The notes beneath the pieces were generated by a model. The model searched no databases. It had not been told where the DNA came from and saw only the letters and a list, made by a program, of their open reading frames with translations. From positions 471,862 through 535,861 of the forward strand of contig CAWCQZ010000002.1 in assembly GCA_963797925.1 (NCBI GenBank): 64,000 nt of DNA, written 5' to 3'. Below, in pieces: positions 30,167 through 41,228 of the stretch. The stretch is from Ilumatobacteraceae bacterium. Its GTDB lineage: Bacteria > Actinomycetota > Acidimicrobiia > Acidimicrobiales > Ilumatobacteraceae. Numbering within the stretch: position 1 is the first letter of the stretch; every line of letters starts with the position of its first letter. Position numbers and translations under genes: made by a program.

Positions 30167-30750
30167 TCGGGTCGTTGCGCGGCGAGGTGCTGGACCGCAA
30201 CCTCGACACCACCGTGCTGATCGAAGTCGCGGGCGTCGGCTACATCGTCAGCGTCACCGAGCGAACGCTCGCCGAACTCGAACCCGGCACCGAGACGTTC
30301 CTCTACATCCATCATCACGTCACCGAGACCGCTGAAACGCTCTTCGGGTTCCGGGCCAAGGACGAACGAATCACGTTCCAGACCCTGATCAAGACCAACG
30401 GCGTCGGCCCGTCGATCGCCATGGCCGTGCTGGCAACGCACCCGCCCACGGCACTGGTGGACATCGTCGCGAACAACGACGTGGCAGCGCTCACGCTCGT
30501 GTCGGGCATCGGCAAGAAGACCGCCGAACGCATGATGGTCGAGCTGCGGGATCGCCTGTCGCTGCCGATGCTGGATTCGGGCGACGCGACATCGACGGGC
30601 TCGGCGGTCGCCGAAGTGCGCGAAGCGCTCGCCGGACTCGGCTACGGCACCGACGAGATCCGTGACGTGCTGCGTGACCTGCCCAGCGACGCGCCGAGCG
30701 CGACGCTGTTGCGCGATGCCTTGAAGTCGTTGGGAGCAAAGCGTGCGTGA
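30163..30750 (+). CDS. ruvA: Holliday junction branch migration protein
   Basis: [28 protein letters not shown]; GTGA overlap with ruvC. Confidence 0.93.
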   Translation: MIGSLRGEVLDRNLDTTVLIEVAGVGYIVSVTERTLAELEPGTETFLYIHHHVTETAETLFGFRAKDERITFQTLIKTNGVGPSIAMAVLATHPPTALVDIVANNDVAALTLVSGIGKKTAERMMVELRDRLSLPMLDSGDATSTGSAVAEVREALAGLGYGTDEIRDVLRDLPSDAPSATLLRDALKSLGAKRA

Positions 30751-31798
30751 GGAGTTCCTCGATCCGAACATCCGTGATGCAGATCGCGACCTCGAGGATC
30801 AGTCCGTCTCGGCGGTCCTCGACTCCGAATCGGGTCTGCGTCCGCAGTCGCTCGAAGAGTTCGTCGGTCAACGCGAACTCAAAGAGCATTTGAACATCGT
30901 GCTCGAAGCGGCTCGCAAGCGTGAGCAGTCGGTCGACCACCTCCTCTTCGCCGGTCCGCCCGGGCTCGGCAAGACCACCCTCGCCGCGATCATCGCCACC
31001 GAGATGAACGTGCAGTTGCACGTCACCTCCGGCCCCGCCCTCGAACGCGCCGGCGACCTGGCTGCGATCCTCACCAAACTGGAGCACGGCGACCTCCTGT
31101 TCATCGACGAGATCCACCGCCTGTCGCGCCCGGTCGAGGAGATCCTGTACCCGGCGATGGAGGACTTCCAGCTCGACATCGTGGTCGGCAAGGGGCCGGC
31201 CGCATCGAGCATCCGGCTGACCATGCCGCCGTTCACGCTGGTCGGCGCCACGACCCGCACCGGCATGATCACCGGGCCGCTGCGTGACAGGTTCGGATTG
31301 GTCGAGCGCCTCGACTACTACGACGCCGACGAACTTCGCCAGATCGTGGAGCGTGCGGCCGGCATCTTCGACATCGCGATCGACACCGATGGTGCACAGC
31401 AGATCGCTCGGCGATCGCGCGGGACGCCGCGTATCGCCAACCGTCTGTTGCGACGCGTCCGTGACTTCGCCGAGGTGCGTGCCGACGGTGCCATCACCGC
31501 CGAGGTGGCGAGTGAAGGCCTCGCACTGTTCGGTGTCGACCACCTCGGCCTCGACAAGGTCGACCGGGCGATCCTGAAGAACCTGTGCACGCAGTTCGGC
31601 GGTGGCCCCGTCGGGCTCTCGACGCTCGCGATCAGCGTGGGCGAGCAGCCCGAAACCCTCGAAGACGTCTACGAACCCTTCCTGATCACGCAGGGAATGA
31701 TCGCCCGCACACCGCGCGGACGTGTTGCACTCACCGCGTCCTACGAGCATCTCGATCTGCCCGCGCCGTCCGGCGAGCCACGGCTCTTCGATCGGTAG
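30743..31798 (+). CDS. ruvB: Holliday junction helicase
   Basis: [37 protein letters not shown]. Confidence 0.97.
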   Translation: MREEFLDPNIRDADRDLEDQSVSAVLDSESGLRPQSLEEFVGQRELKEHLNIVLEAARKREQSVDHLLFAGPPGLGKTTLAAIIATEMNVQLHVTSGPALERAGDLAAILTKLEHGDLLFIDEIHRLSRPVEEILYPAMEDFQLDIVVGKGPAASSIRLTMPPFTLVGATTRTGMITGPLRDRFGLVERLDYYDADELRQIVERAAGIFDIAIDTDGAQQIARRSRGTPRIANRLLRRVRDFAEVRADGAITAEVASEGLALFGVDHLGLDKVDRAILKNLCTQFGGGPVGLSTLAISVGEQPETLEDVYEPFLITQGMIARTPRGRVALTASYEHLDLPAPSGEPRLFDR

Positions 31799-31841
31799 GG
31801 TCGCCCCGTGACCGCACGATCGAGCACGACCGTCCGCTGAC

Positions 31842-32873
31842 GTGCAACTCAGCGACTTCGACTACGAACTTCCCGAGCGATACATCGCTCAGGTGCCGAT
31901 CGAGCCTCGTGATTCGGCGCGACTACTCGTCGACCGAGGCGACGGGATCGAGCATCTTCACGTCACGGACCTCCCGGGTCTGTTGCGCAGTGGTGACCTG
32001 CTCGTCCTGAACGAGACGCGCGTGATCCCGGCGCGAATCCGGTTGAAGCGGTCGACCGGCGGGGGAGCCGAAGTGCTGCTGCTCGATCCACTCGACGAAG
32101 GCCCCGGTGGAGACCGCCGCCGGTGGGAGGCGCTCGCCCGGCCGGGCGGCAAGCTCCGTGTCGGCGAAGTGCTGACCCAGGACGGCGTCGACGTCGTGCG
32201 AATGGGGCCGCGAACCGCCGCTGGCGACACCTTCGAGATCGAGATCATCGCGGAGGGCGACCCGCTCGCCGTCCTCGACCGCCACGGGGAGATGCCCTTG
32301 CCCCCGTACATCGGCACACGCCTCGACGACCCCGATCGATACCAGACCGTCTTCGCGAAGGAGCCGGGCTCCGCAGCAGCGCCGACCGCCGGCCTCCATC
32401 TCACCGCCGAGGTCTTCGCCGCGCTTTCCGCCGCTGGCGTCCGCACCGCGACGGTCGAACTGGTGGTGGGGCTCGACACGTTCCAGCCGATCAGTACCGA
32501 CGACCCGCTCGACCATCCGATGCACACGGAGCGCTATCGCGTCCCCGACGCCACCTGGGCGGCCTGCCGAGCGACCCGAGCGGCGGGTGGCCGAGTGATC
32601 GCAGTCGGCACCACGGCGGTGCGAGCGCTGGAGTCGGCTGCGGCCCGAGGCGAACTCGAGGGCCGGACCGACATCTTCATCCACGAAGGCTTCGAGTGGC
32701 AGGTCGTCGACGTGTTGATGACGAACTTCCATCTCCCCAAGACGACGCTGTTGATGATGATCGATGCGTTCATCGGGAGTCGCTGGCGCGACCTGTACGC
32801 CGAGGCGTTGGCGGCCGACTACCGGTTCTTGTCGTTCGGCGACGCGATGCTGCTCGAGCGACGCTCGCCCTGA
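31842..32873 (+). CDS. queA: S-adenosylmethionine:tRNA ribosyltransferase-isomerase
   Basis: DFDYELP, NETRVIPAR, PLPPYI, AAPTAGLH, AVGTT, TNFHLP, FLSFGDAM. Confidence 0.96.
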   Translation: MQLSDFDYELPERYIAQVPIEPRDSARLLVDRGDGIEHLHVTDLPGLLRSGDLLVLNETRVIPARIRLKRSTGGGAEVLLLDPLDEGPGGDRRRWEALARPGGKLRVGEVLTQDGVDVVRMGPRTAAGDTFEIEIIAEGDPLAVLDRHGEMPLPPYIGTRLDDPDRYQTVFAKEPGSAAAPTAGLHLTAEVFAALSAAGVRTATVELVVGLDTFQPISTDDPLDHPMHTERYRVPDATWAACRATRAAGGRVIAVGTTAVRALESAAARGELEGRTDIFIHEGFEWQVVDVLMTNFHLPKTTLLMMIDAFIGSRWRDLYAEALAADYRFLSFGDAMLLERRSP

Positions 32874-33811
32874 CGGTCCGGTGCGACTCGCCGTGCCTGC
32901 TGCGTGAGGACGCTCGAAGGATCGTTCGCCGAGGCCGTCCCGGCCCGCACGACCGACAACCGCTCACAGATCGAGCCGGCGAGCACCGCCAGCGAGCCGA
33001 CCATGCCGACAGCGCGTCGCACGGTCGGCCATCTCGACGGCACGGCGAGCGACACGAGCGATGCCACCGCGCCGCCGATCGAGAGTCCTCCTGCGGCACG
33101 ATCGAGGCGCTTCGTCGCCGAGTCGGTCGAATAGACGTCGAGGTCACCGAGCCGCTTCTTCATCAGCGTGGCGGCGCCGACTTCGAGACCCGCTCCCAAG
33201 CCGGCGATGCGTGCAGCGACGGGCGACGGCGCCCCGTCGACGATCGACAGCGCGTTCGCGGCCGCTCCGGCGCTGGCCGCGGCACTCGACACGAACACGA
33301 AGGGCAGCTCCCCTTTCGCCTCGTGCCAGGCGGGAGTCGCGGTGTCGGCCACGAGCACGGCGGTGTAGGACGCGATCGCCGGACCGATGAGCGCGGCCGT
33401 CAACCCGAGGGCCCGTCGCAGTCGCGGGAACAGTCCGAGCTCGCCGAACACCCAGGCGCCGGCCGCCGCCGGGCTGTACGCCATCAGCAACCAGGACCCC
33501 ACGCTCATCGGCGACGACGGCTTGAAGACCCGGAGCATGTTGTAGAACCGCTGCGGTCGACCGAGGTCGACGATCAACAGGACGGGGCTGGGGAGCAGGC
33601 CGACCATCGAGGCCCGTCGAGCGTGCGTGGCGAGCCGGCTCCGACCCGACAGTTCAGCGGCTGCGGCGAGGACGGACGACGCTCCGGCGAGGCCGCCGGT
33701 GAAGAAGTACCAACCAATCGCATCCTTCCAGACGTGCGCCCGGACGATCGGCTTGCCGTAGTACCCGACCGTCGGTGACGTGTCCGGCTCGTGGTTCATC
33801 TCGCTCTTCAT
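32819..33811 (-). CDS. NrfD/PsrC-family membrane anchor of formate dehydrogenase
   Basis: YFFTGGLAG, LIVDLGRPQRF, SSPMSVGSW, YTAVLVADTATPAW; ATGA-coupled to the Fe-S subunit gene. Confidence 0.85.
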   Translation of the reverse strand: MKSEMNHEPDTSPTVGYYGKPIVRAHVWKDAIGWYFFTGGLAGASSVLAAAAELSGRSRLATHARRASMVGLLPSPVLLIVDLGRPQRFYNMLRVFKPSSPMSVGSWLLMAYSPAAAGAWVFGELGLFPRLRRALGLTAALIGPAIASYTAVLVADTATPAWHEAKGELPFVFVSSAAASAGAAANALSIVDGAPSPVAARIAGLGAGLEVGAATLMKKRLGDLDVYSTDSATKRLDRAAGGLSIGGAVASLVSLAVPSRWPTVRRAVGMVGSLAVLAGSICERLSVVRAGTASANDPSSVLTQQARRVAPDRQGERRSSSIASPNDKNR

Positions 33812-34668
33812 CGACGGCTCCCGAACGTGACGGCGGCGAGTCCGCCCAGGAGAGCGATCCCCGCGGTTGCCGCGGTCCGCCACATGCCGGGCAGGTCGCG
33901 AGTGGTCGTCACCGGTGCGGGTGGCAGGCCGTAGACCTCGGGCGCATCGCGCAGCAGGAAGACAGCGCCCGCACCGCCGACCCCGTCGTCGGGGTTCTCC
34001 CCGTAGAGCCGCGCTCGCTCGTCGCCGCCCTCGTGGAGTTCGCCCAACCGGGCGTGTGCTCTGCGACGCATCTCGTCGAGCGGGCCGAACTGGATCGAGT
34101 CGGTCGGGCAGGCGTGAGCGCACGCCGGCACCTGGTCGCCCTTCAACCGGTCGTAGCAGAGCGTGCACTTGGCCGCGTTGCCGCTCGCCTCGTCGCGTCC
34201 GATCACACCGAACGGGCAGGCGGGAACGCAGTAGCCACAGCCGTTGCAGATGTCGGGTTGCACCACGACGGTGTCGAACTCGGTCTTGACCAAGGATCCT
34301 GTGGGGCAGACGTCGAGGCAGGCCGCCTCGGTGCAGTGTTTGCACACGTCCGAGCTCATCAGCCACACCACCGACGCCGGGCCGTCGGGCGACATCAGCG
34401 CGTCGGGCAACGTCACGTCGGCGGGCGAAACCTGCTGACGATGCTGCGCCTGTTCGATGAATGTGACGTGGCGCCAATTCTGAGCGGTCAGCGCCCCGGT
34501 GTTGTCGTAGGAGTCGCCGGTCAACTCGCCGACGATGCTGTCGAGGCTGTTCCACTCCTTGCAGGCGACTTCACAGGCCTTACAACCGATGCACACCGAC
34601 GTGTCGGTGAAGAACCCGGCGCGCTCTCCCGGGGCGACCGTCAGGTCGTCGTGTTGGACAGGGATCAT
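33808..34668 (-). CDS. fdnH: Formate dehydrogenase Fe-S (beta) subunit
   Basis: CIGCKACEVAC, CKHCTEAACLDVCP, CNGCGYCVPACP, KCTLC...PACAHACP. Confidence 0.9.
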   Translation of the reverse strand: MIPVQHDDLTVAPGERAGFFTDTSVCIGCKACEVACKEWNSLDSIVGELTGDSYDNTGALTAQNWRHVTFIEQAQHRQQVSPADVTLPDALMSPDGPASVVWLMSSDVCKHCTEAACLDVCPTGSLVKTEFDTVVVQPDICNGCGYCVPACPFGVIGRDEASGNAAKCTLCYDRLKGDQVPACAHACPTDSIQFGPLDEMRRRAHARLGELHEGGDERARLYGENPDDGVGGAGAVFLLRDAPEVYGLPPAPVTTTRDLPGMWRTAATAGIALLGGLAAVTFGSRR

Positions 34669-37600
34669 CGGTCACTCCGCTCGTTCGTCGTTCTCGCACG
34701 ATGTTCCTCGACGAGTTGGCGCCGTCGCGGGCCCGTGGGGCGTCGGCCCGGTTGGATGTCGCAGGTCTGACTCTTCGTGTCCTGAATGTGCACGTTCGGA
34801 TCGAGTCCGAGGCCGAGGAGGTCGTTCGCGGAGTCACCCGTGCTCGCGCCCGTGTGACCCCCAGTGGTACGGCACGCCGACGTGATGCACGGTGTGACCG
34901 TCCACGTCCATCGGCGCCATCCGAGCGGTGACGATGACCGCGTGCTTCGATCGCGGCACGCGACGTGATGATCGTCGCCCAGTCGCGGTGGACGAGCCCG
35001 CGTTCGGCGGCCAGTTCGCGGCTGACCTCGCAGAACATCTCCGGCTGCAGCGCGTTGAGGCGGCTGACGCTGCGGCTCATCGCTCCCGCGGTGTGATGTT
35101 CGGTGACGCGGTACGTCGTGAGCACGTACGGATACACGTCCGACATCGACGGGTTGATGGGGTTCTCCGGGCGATCGAGACGTTCGATCGATCGGGTTCG
35201 CCTGCTGGAGATGCATCGGGTTCGCGACCGGAGATTCGTCGGGCTCGTAGTGCGTCGGGAGGGGCCCGTCGAGCAGGCCGGTGGGAGCGAACAGCCACGC
35301 TCTGCCGTCCGACTGCATCACGAACGGGTCGGTGCCCGACAGCGCGTCCTCGGCGAGTGCGCCATCGGGTGGCACGTAGTCCGGCCGCTTCGTGGCCTGG
35401 AAGTCGGGCACGTCGTCACCGACCCACCGCTCGTCCTCCTCGCTCCACCAGACGTACTTCTTGGCCTCGGACCAGGGGGAGCCGTCCGGGGCAGCGGAGG
35501 CTCGGTTGTAGAGGAGACGGCGATTCGCCGGCCAGGCCCAACCCCAGTCGGGTGCGACCCAACTCTGTTCCTGACCAGGCGTGCGTCGACGCACCTGATT
35601 GACCCCGTCGGCGCGGCAACCGCAGTAGATCCAACAGCCACAGGCCGTGGAACCGTCGTCAGCCAGATCGGTGTACGACGAGAGCGGATCGCCGTCGCGC
35701 GTCCGTGCCGTTGATCTCGGCGAGCACCGCCTCGGGGTCGGGGTCGCCGAAAGGCCCTTCGGTCGGGTAGTCCCACGTGAGGTCGAGGACGGGTCGGTCG
35801 CGAGGATCGTCGGAATCGGCGAGCCGTTCGCGCACCAGTTGGCCGAGGCGGTGGAAGAACCAGAGATCGGACCTGCAGTCGCCCTCGGGTTCGACCGCCT
35901 TGTCGTGCCACTGGAGAAGCCGCTGGGTCTGGGTGAACGACCCGCTCTTCTCGGTGTGCGACGCCGCCGGGAGCAGGAACACTTCGGTGCCGATGTCCTC
36001 GGTGCGCAGTTCGCCGGTGTCGATCTCGGGCGCGTCGTACCAGAACGACGCCGATTCGATCTCCTGGAAGTCGCGTACGACCAGCCAGTCGAGGTTGGCC
36101 ATCGCAGTGCGGTGCATTCCCGAGTTCGCCGAACCGACCGCCGGGTTCTCACCCAGCACGAAGAAGCCCGTGACCGTGCCTTCGAGCATGCCGATGATGC
36201 TCTGATACGTGGAGTGGTCACCGGTGAGTCGAGGGAGGTGATCGAAGCAGAAGTCGTTGTCGCTGGTCGCCGCGTCGCCGAACCAGCTCTTCAGCAGGCT
36301 GACCGTGTAGGCCTTCATGTCACCCCAGTAGCCGGTGTCGGCTGCGTCTCGATCGATGAACTCGTCGAGGGATCCGGCCTCGTCGACCATCGGCATCGGG
36401 ATGTAGCCGGGCAACAGGTTGTAGAGGGTCGGGATGTCGGTCGAACCCTGGATGCTGGCGTGGCCGCGCAGTGCCATGATGCCGCCGCCGGGGCGACCGA
36501 TGTTGCCGAGCAGCGTCTGCAGGATCGCGGCCGAGCGGACGTTCTGCACGCCCACGGAATGGTGGGTCCACGCCACGGCGTAGCAGAACGAGCCCGTGCG
36601 CTCACGTCCCGAGTTCTCGGTGATCGCTGATGCAGCACGCTCGAAGAGTTCGGCGGAGATCCCACACGTGGCCGCGACCATCTCGGGCGTGTAGCGCGAG
36701 AAGTGGCGCCGCAGGATCTGGTACACCGAGCGCTCGTCGGTCAGCGTCGGGTCCACGTCGCGGCACGCGCCTGCGTGGTGGGCACCGCCGTGGGCGCCGG
36801 CCCTCGACCCGTTCGAGTTCGACGAACCGCCGGCCTGGCGCTTGCCGCCGGCCGGTTTGGGTGTGTGCTCGCGGTACGCCCACGACGAGATGTCGTAGCT
36901 CCGAGAGTCGGGGTCCCAGCCGGAGAACAGGCCACCGAGATCGTCGGCGTCCACGTACTCGTCGTCGATGATCGTCGATGCGTTGGTGTAGGCCTCGACG
37001 TACTCCCGGAAGTCGGAGCCGGTCGACATCACGTGGTTGATCAGGCCGCCGAGGAAGGCGATGTCGGTGCCGGCACGAATGGGCATGTGGAGGTCGGCGA
37101 CGGCACTGGTGCGGGTGAAACGCGGGTCGACGTGGATGATCGTGGCGCCGCGGCGCTGTGCTTCCATCACCCACTGGAATCCGACCGGGTGGTTCTCCGC
37201 CATGTTCGAGCCCATGATCGTGATCACGTCGCTGTTCTGGAGGTCCTGGAGGAAGCCGGTGGCGCCTCCCCGTCCGAACGATGTCCCCAGACCGGGGACG
37301 GTGGACGAGTGTCAAATGCGAGCTTGGTTCTCGATCTGGACTGCGCCCCACGAGGTCCACAGCTTCTTCCAGAGGTAGTTCTCCTCGTTGTCGAGCGTGG
37401 CCCCTCCGAGCGAGGCCATGCCCATCGTCCTGTTCAGTCGGCGTCCTCGATCGTCGGTGTCCTGCCAGTGCTGGGCCCGGTTCGCGACGACTCGATCCGC
37501 GATCATCTCCATCGCCGTGTCGAGGTCGAGGGATTCCCACTCGGTGCCGTTCGGTCGCCGATACTTCACCTTCGTGATTCGGCTCGGTGATTGGACCATT

Positions 37601-37902
37601 GCCTTGGTCGCTGCACCCTTCGGGCAGAGGTGACCTCGAGAGATCGGTGAATCCGGATCGCCTTCGATCTGGATGATCTCCTCGTCCTTCACGTAGATCT
37701 TCTGGCCGCAGCCGACAGCGCAGAACGGACAGATCGATTGCACGACCCGATCCGCCTCGTCCGTGCGAGGCGTCAGGGTCAGCGACCACGATGATCGGGC
37801 GGACTCGGCCTTGCCGCCTCTGTCGCTGCCCGTCAGTTGACGGAGCAACGGCCACCCGGACCGCTGGCTCGCTTTGTCGCTCATGCTCGACGGTGTTTCC
37901 AT
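34665..37902 (-). CDS. fdnG: Selenocysteine-containing formate dehydrogenase alpha subunit (Sec UGA at 37312-37314; frameshifts near 35700, 35205 and 34940)
   Basis: AGGAGG SD; CPFCAVGCG and LCPKG; ENQARI-UGA-HSSTVPGLG continues in frame into GSNMAENHP and ALRGHASIQG. Confidence 0.92.
37283..37299 (-). promoter_or_regulatory. SECIS-like hairpin
   Basis: Minus-strand GUCCCC-GGUCU-GGGGAC begins after a 12-nt spacer 3' of the in-frame UGA. Confidence 0.8.
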
Positions 37903-37946
37903 TCGAACCTCCTGACAAACGATTTCATGTTCGTAGTCTGTTCGAC

Positions 37947-39044
37947 GTGCATGCGGTGGAATTTCAGGTCGACGCAACGGATGGGGCGGCCCGAGCAGGA
38001 ACCGCCACCACCGCCGATGGGTCGTACACGACGCCACTGTTCATGCCGGTCGGCACCCGGGGAGCGATCAAGTACCTGAGCGCTGCGGACTACGAGCGAT
38101 TGGGCGCGCAGATCGTGCTCGGGAACACGTATCACCTGATGCTGCGGCCGGGCTCCGAGCTGATCGAGAAGTTCGGCGGACTCGGCGAATTCTCCGGCTG
38201 GGGCGGTCTCACGCTGACGGACTCGGGTGGATTCCAGGTGTTCTCGCTCGATCCGAAGGTCGACGACGACGGGGTCACCTTCAAGAGCACGTACGACGGG
38301 TCCTCGGTCCGTTTCACGCCGGAGGACGCAGTACGCGTGCAGCAAGAACTCGGCGCCGACATCCAGATGGTGCTCGACCAGTGCCCGCCGTTGCCCAGCA
38401 GCCCGGACGTCGTTCGCACGGCGCTGGAACGAACGCATGCGTGGGCGGAGCGCGCAAAGACCGCTCACACGCGTGACGATCAAGCCCTCTTCGGCATCGT
38501 GCAGGGCGGGATCTCCGAGACGATGCGCGCCGAGAGTGCGCAGCGCATCGTCGAGATCGGCTTCGACGGCTACGGCATCGGTGGTCTCTCGGTCGGCGAG
38601 ACCCGCGAGCAGATGCTGCCCGCACTCGCAGCGGCGATCGAGCATCTGCCCGCGGACCGGCCCCGCTACCTGATGGGTGTCGGTGACCCGGCATCGCTGA
38701 TCGAAGCCGTGGCGCTCGGCGTCGACCAGTTCGACTGTGTGATGCAGACCCGTCTCGGCCGTCACGGCACCGCCTTCACGTCGACGGGCAGGTTCCAGGC
38801 GAAAGCCCTGCGGAATGCCGAGATGGACGAGCCGCTCGACACGACCTGCCCGTGCGAGGTCTGTGCACGGCACTCTCGCGGATACATCCGCCACCTGCTC
38901 CAGGTGGGCGAACCGACGGCGTCGAGGCTGTTGTCGATCCACAACATCGCCTGGACGATCGACCTGATGTCGAAGATGCGGCTCGCGATCGGCAACGGAA
39001 CGTTCGAGTCGATGCGCCGCGACGTGCTGGACGTGTGGGGATAG
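37947..39044 (+). CDS. tgt: tRNA-guanine transglycosylase
   Basis: TPLFMPVGT, GNTYHL, TDSGGFQ, GIVQGG, RPRYLMGVG, CPCEVC, HN. Confidence 0.96.
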   Translation: MHAVEFQVDATDGAARAGTATTADGSYTTPLFMPVGTRGAIKYLSAADYERLGAQIVLGNTYHLMLRPGSELIEKFGGLGEFSGWGGLTLTDSGGFQVFSLDPKVDDDGVTFKSTYDGSSVRFTPEDAVRVQQELGADIQMVLDQCPPLPSSPDVVRTALERTHAWAERAKTAHTRDDQALFGIVQGGISETMRAESAQRIVEIGFDGYGIGGLSVGETREQMLPALAAAIEHLPADRPRYLMGVGDPASLIEAVALGVDQFDCVMQTRLGRHGTAFTSTGRFQAKALRNAEMDEPLDTTCPCEVCARHSRGYIRHLLQVGEPTASRLLSIHNIAWTIDLMSKMRLAIGNGTFESMRRDVLDVWG

Positions 39045-39058
39045 CATCTGCTCCCGCC

Positions 39059-39484
39059 ATGACCATTCTGACTTTCCTCGCTTCTGCAGGCGCCGACGCC
39101 ACCGAGCCCGCCTCGACCGGCGGCGGCCTCCTTTCGTTTGCGCTGCTGCCGCTGATGCTGGTGGCGATGTACTTCCTGATCATCCGCCCGAACAGCAAGA
39201 AGCGCAAGGCTCAGCAGTCGCTGCAGTCTGCGCTCGGTGTCGGTGACGAGGTCATCACCACCGCTGGCATCATCGGCACGATCACCGGCGAAGACGGGCC
39301 GACCCGCTTCTGGCTCGAGATCGACGAGGACGTGCAGGTGCGCATCGCCCGCGGTGGAATCTCGGGTCGTCTGGATCCGGACGCCGTCGACAGCGAGAAG
39401 CCCGACACAGCGACCGACCCGGCCGACGACGAGGTCCGCGACGTCGAGAATTCCGCAGACGAAGCGGCCGATCAGGACTCATGA
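39059..39484 (+). CDS. yajC: Preprotein translocase subunit YajC
   Basis: MYFLIIRP, GDEVITTAGIIG. Confidence 0.9.
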   Translation: MTILTFLASAGADATEPASTGGGLLSFALLPLMLVAMYFLIIRPNSKKRKAQQSLQSALGVGDEVITTAGIIGTITGEDGPTRFWLEIDEDVQVRIARGGISGRLDPDAVDSEKPDTATDPADDEVRDVENSADEAADQDS

Positions 39485-41175
39485 AGCGCCGTCTCTGGTT
39501 GTCGCTCATCGCGACGACACTCATCATCATCGTCGCGTTCGCCGGCAACCTCGCGTCGTCGAACACGCCCAAGCTCGGACTCGACCTGCAGGGCGGGGCG
39601 TCGGTCATCCTCGAACCCGCGGAAGACGCGAGCGGCGAAGACCTCACGATTGTTCGTGACCTCATCCGCGACGAGTTGGAACGCACGGGAATCGCCGAGC
39701 CGAACGTGCGCGTGCAAGGCGCGACGATCGTCGTCGAGTTGCCCGGTGTGAAGGACCAGCAGGAAGCGCTCGACGCCGTCGACGTGTCCGGCATCGTCGA
39801 ACTGCGCCCGGTCGTGTTCACGCAGCAGTGTCAGGACGACCCGCTGCTCGGCGGCGCAGACGGCGGCGGCGGCGTGGAGCCGCCGACATCGCTCGGGGTC
39901 GAGGTGCCCCAGACCGCACCGGAGCTCGAACTCGATGTCGATCCGGCAGTGGACGATCCCGCCGCTGACGCTCCCGCCGCTGACGATTCCGCGGGCGACG
40001 AGGCGGTACCAGAAGACACCGAAGGTGTACGCCGGAAGCGCACCGTGACCACCGACGAACCGGTGACCACCGATGCTGAGAGCGACGAACCGGCGACCAC
40101 CGATGGTGAGAGCGACGAACCGGTCGACTCGACGCCTGCAGACGACGCTCCGGTCGACGAGATCCCGGTCGACGAGATCGCTCCGGACTTCTCCGAGACC
40201 GAGTTCTCCAACGGCAACGCACTGCTCTTCACCCGTGAGGGCGAACCGTTGTGCGTGGGTCCGGTACAGGGCACGGGCGAGGTCTTCGAACGCCAGAGTG
40301 CAGTCGTCGACAACCAACTCGGATTCCAGGTCATCGTCGGCCTGCGTGGCGGCGATGGCGAGGCAACGTGGAACAACATCGCCGGCCAATGCGCGAGCCA
40401 GGCACCCACCTGCCCCGGTGACGGTGCCGGAAACAACGGTCGTCTCGCGATCGTGCTCGACGGTGAGATCCAGTCGGCACCGACGGTGCAGCAGGCGAAC
40501 TTCCGTGACACCGTGTCGATCACGGGCCGCTTCAGCCAGGAGGAAGCGGAGAACCTCGCGAACATCTTGAACCGTGGTGCGTTCCCGGTCGAGATGGTCG
40601 CTCAGGATTCCGAGACCATCTCGCCTGCGGCGGGCCAGGAATCGCTGCGAGCATCGATCATCGCCGGCCTGATCGGCGTGGCGATCGTGCTGACCTTCCT
40701 GATCGCCTACTACCGGTGGATCGCACTCGTGATCCTCGGCGGCATGACGGTCTGGTCGCTGACCGTGTTCAGCGTGGCCGCGTTCGTCTCGGGTGCCACC
40801 AACTACTCGCTCAGTCTCGCGGGTGTCACGGGCATCATCGTGGCGGTCGGTGTCACCGTGGACAGTTACATCGTGTTCTTCGAGCGCATGAAAGACGAGA
40901 TCCGCAACGGTCGCACTCTGAAGAACGCTGCGCCTCGCAGTTTCAAGATGACGTGGCGAACGATCTGGTCAGCGGACCTGGTGTCGATCATCGGTGCTGC
41001 GATCCTGTTCTGGCTGAGTGTCGGTTCGGTGCGCGGTTTCGCTCTGTTCCTCGGCATCACGACGCTGTGCGACCTGATCGTCTGCTTCTTCTTCACCCGC
41101 CCTGCCGTCCTGCTGCTCGCTCGCAGCAAGTTCATGGCCGGCAGACGAGCTTTCGGATTGGAAGTGGCGCAATGA
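39481..41175 (+). CDS. secD: Protein translocase subunit SecD with acidic low-complexity insert
   Basis: KLGLDLQGG, LAIVLDG, GVTVDSYIVFFER, GSVRGFA. Confidence 0.93.
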   Translation: MKRRLWLSLIATTLIIIVAFAGNLASSNTPKLGLDLQGGASVILEPAEDASGEDLTIVRDLIRDELERTGIAEPNVRVQGATIVVELPGVKDQQEALDAVDVSGIVELRPVVFTQQCQDDPLLGGADGGGGVEPPTSLGVEVPQTAPELELDVDPAVDDPAADAPAADDSAGDEAVPEDTEGVRRKRTVTTDEPVTTDAESDEPATTDGESDEPVDSTPADDAPVDEIPVDEIAPDFSETEFSNGNALLFTREGEPLCVGPVQGTGEVFERQSAVVDNQLGFQVIVGLRGGDGEATWNNIAGQCASQAPTCPGDGAGNNGRLAIVLDGEIQSAPTVQQANFRDTVSITGRFSQEEAENLANILNRGAFPVEMVAQDSETISPAAGQESLRASIIAGLIGVAIVLTFLIAYYRWIALVILGGMTVWSLTVFSVAAFVSGATNYSLSLAGVTGIIVAVGVTVDSYIVFFERMKDEIRNGRTLKNAAPRSFKMTWRTIWSADLVSIIGAAILFWLSVGSVRGFALFLGITTLCDLIVCFFFTRPAVLLLARSKFMAGRRAFGLEVAQ

Positions 41176-41228
41176 GTCACATCGAGATGATCATGAACGT
41201 CGCCCGGATGGGAGAGGTCGAGCAATGA
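41172..41228 (+). other. Bridging mini-ORF (MSHIEMIMNVARMGEVEQ) between secD and secF
   Basis: ATGA overlaps at both ends; GCAATGAGTC duplicated at 41169 and 41222 (53-nt spacing); internal GGGAGAGG before secF. Confidence 0.6.

Noticed and set aside
31808-31840. Mini-ORF between ruvB and queA
   Set aside because: It overlaps neither neighbour, and short open frames are expected by chance at this GC content.
37312-38037. fdnG as a pseudogene truncated by a nonsense codon
   Set aside because: The TGA is at the conserved Sec/Cys position and is followed by a SECIS-like hairpin.
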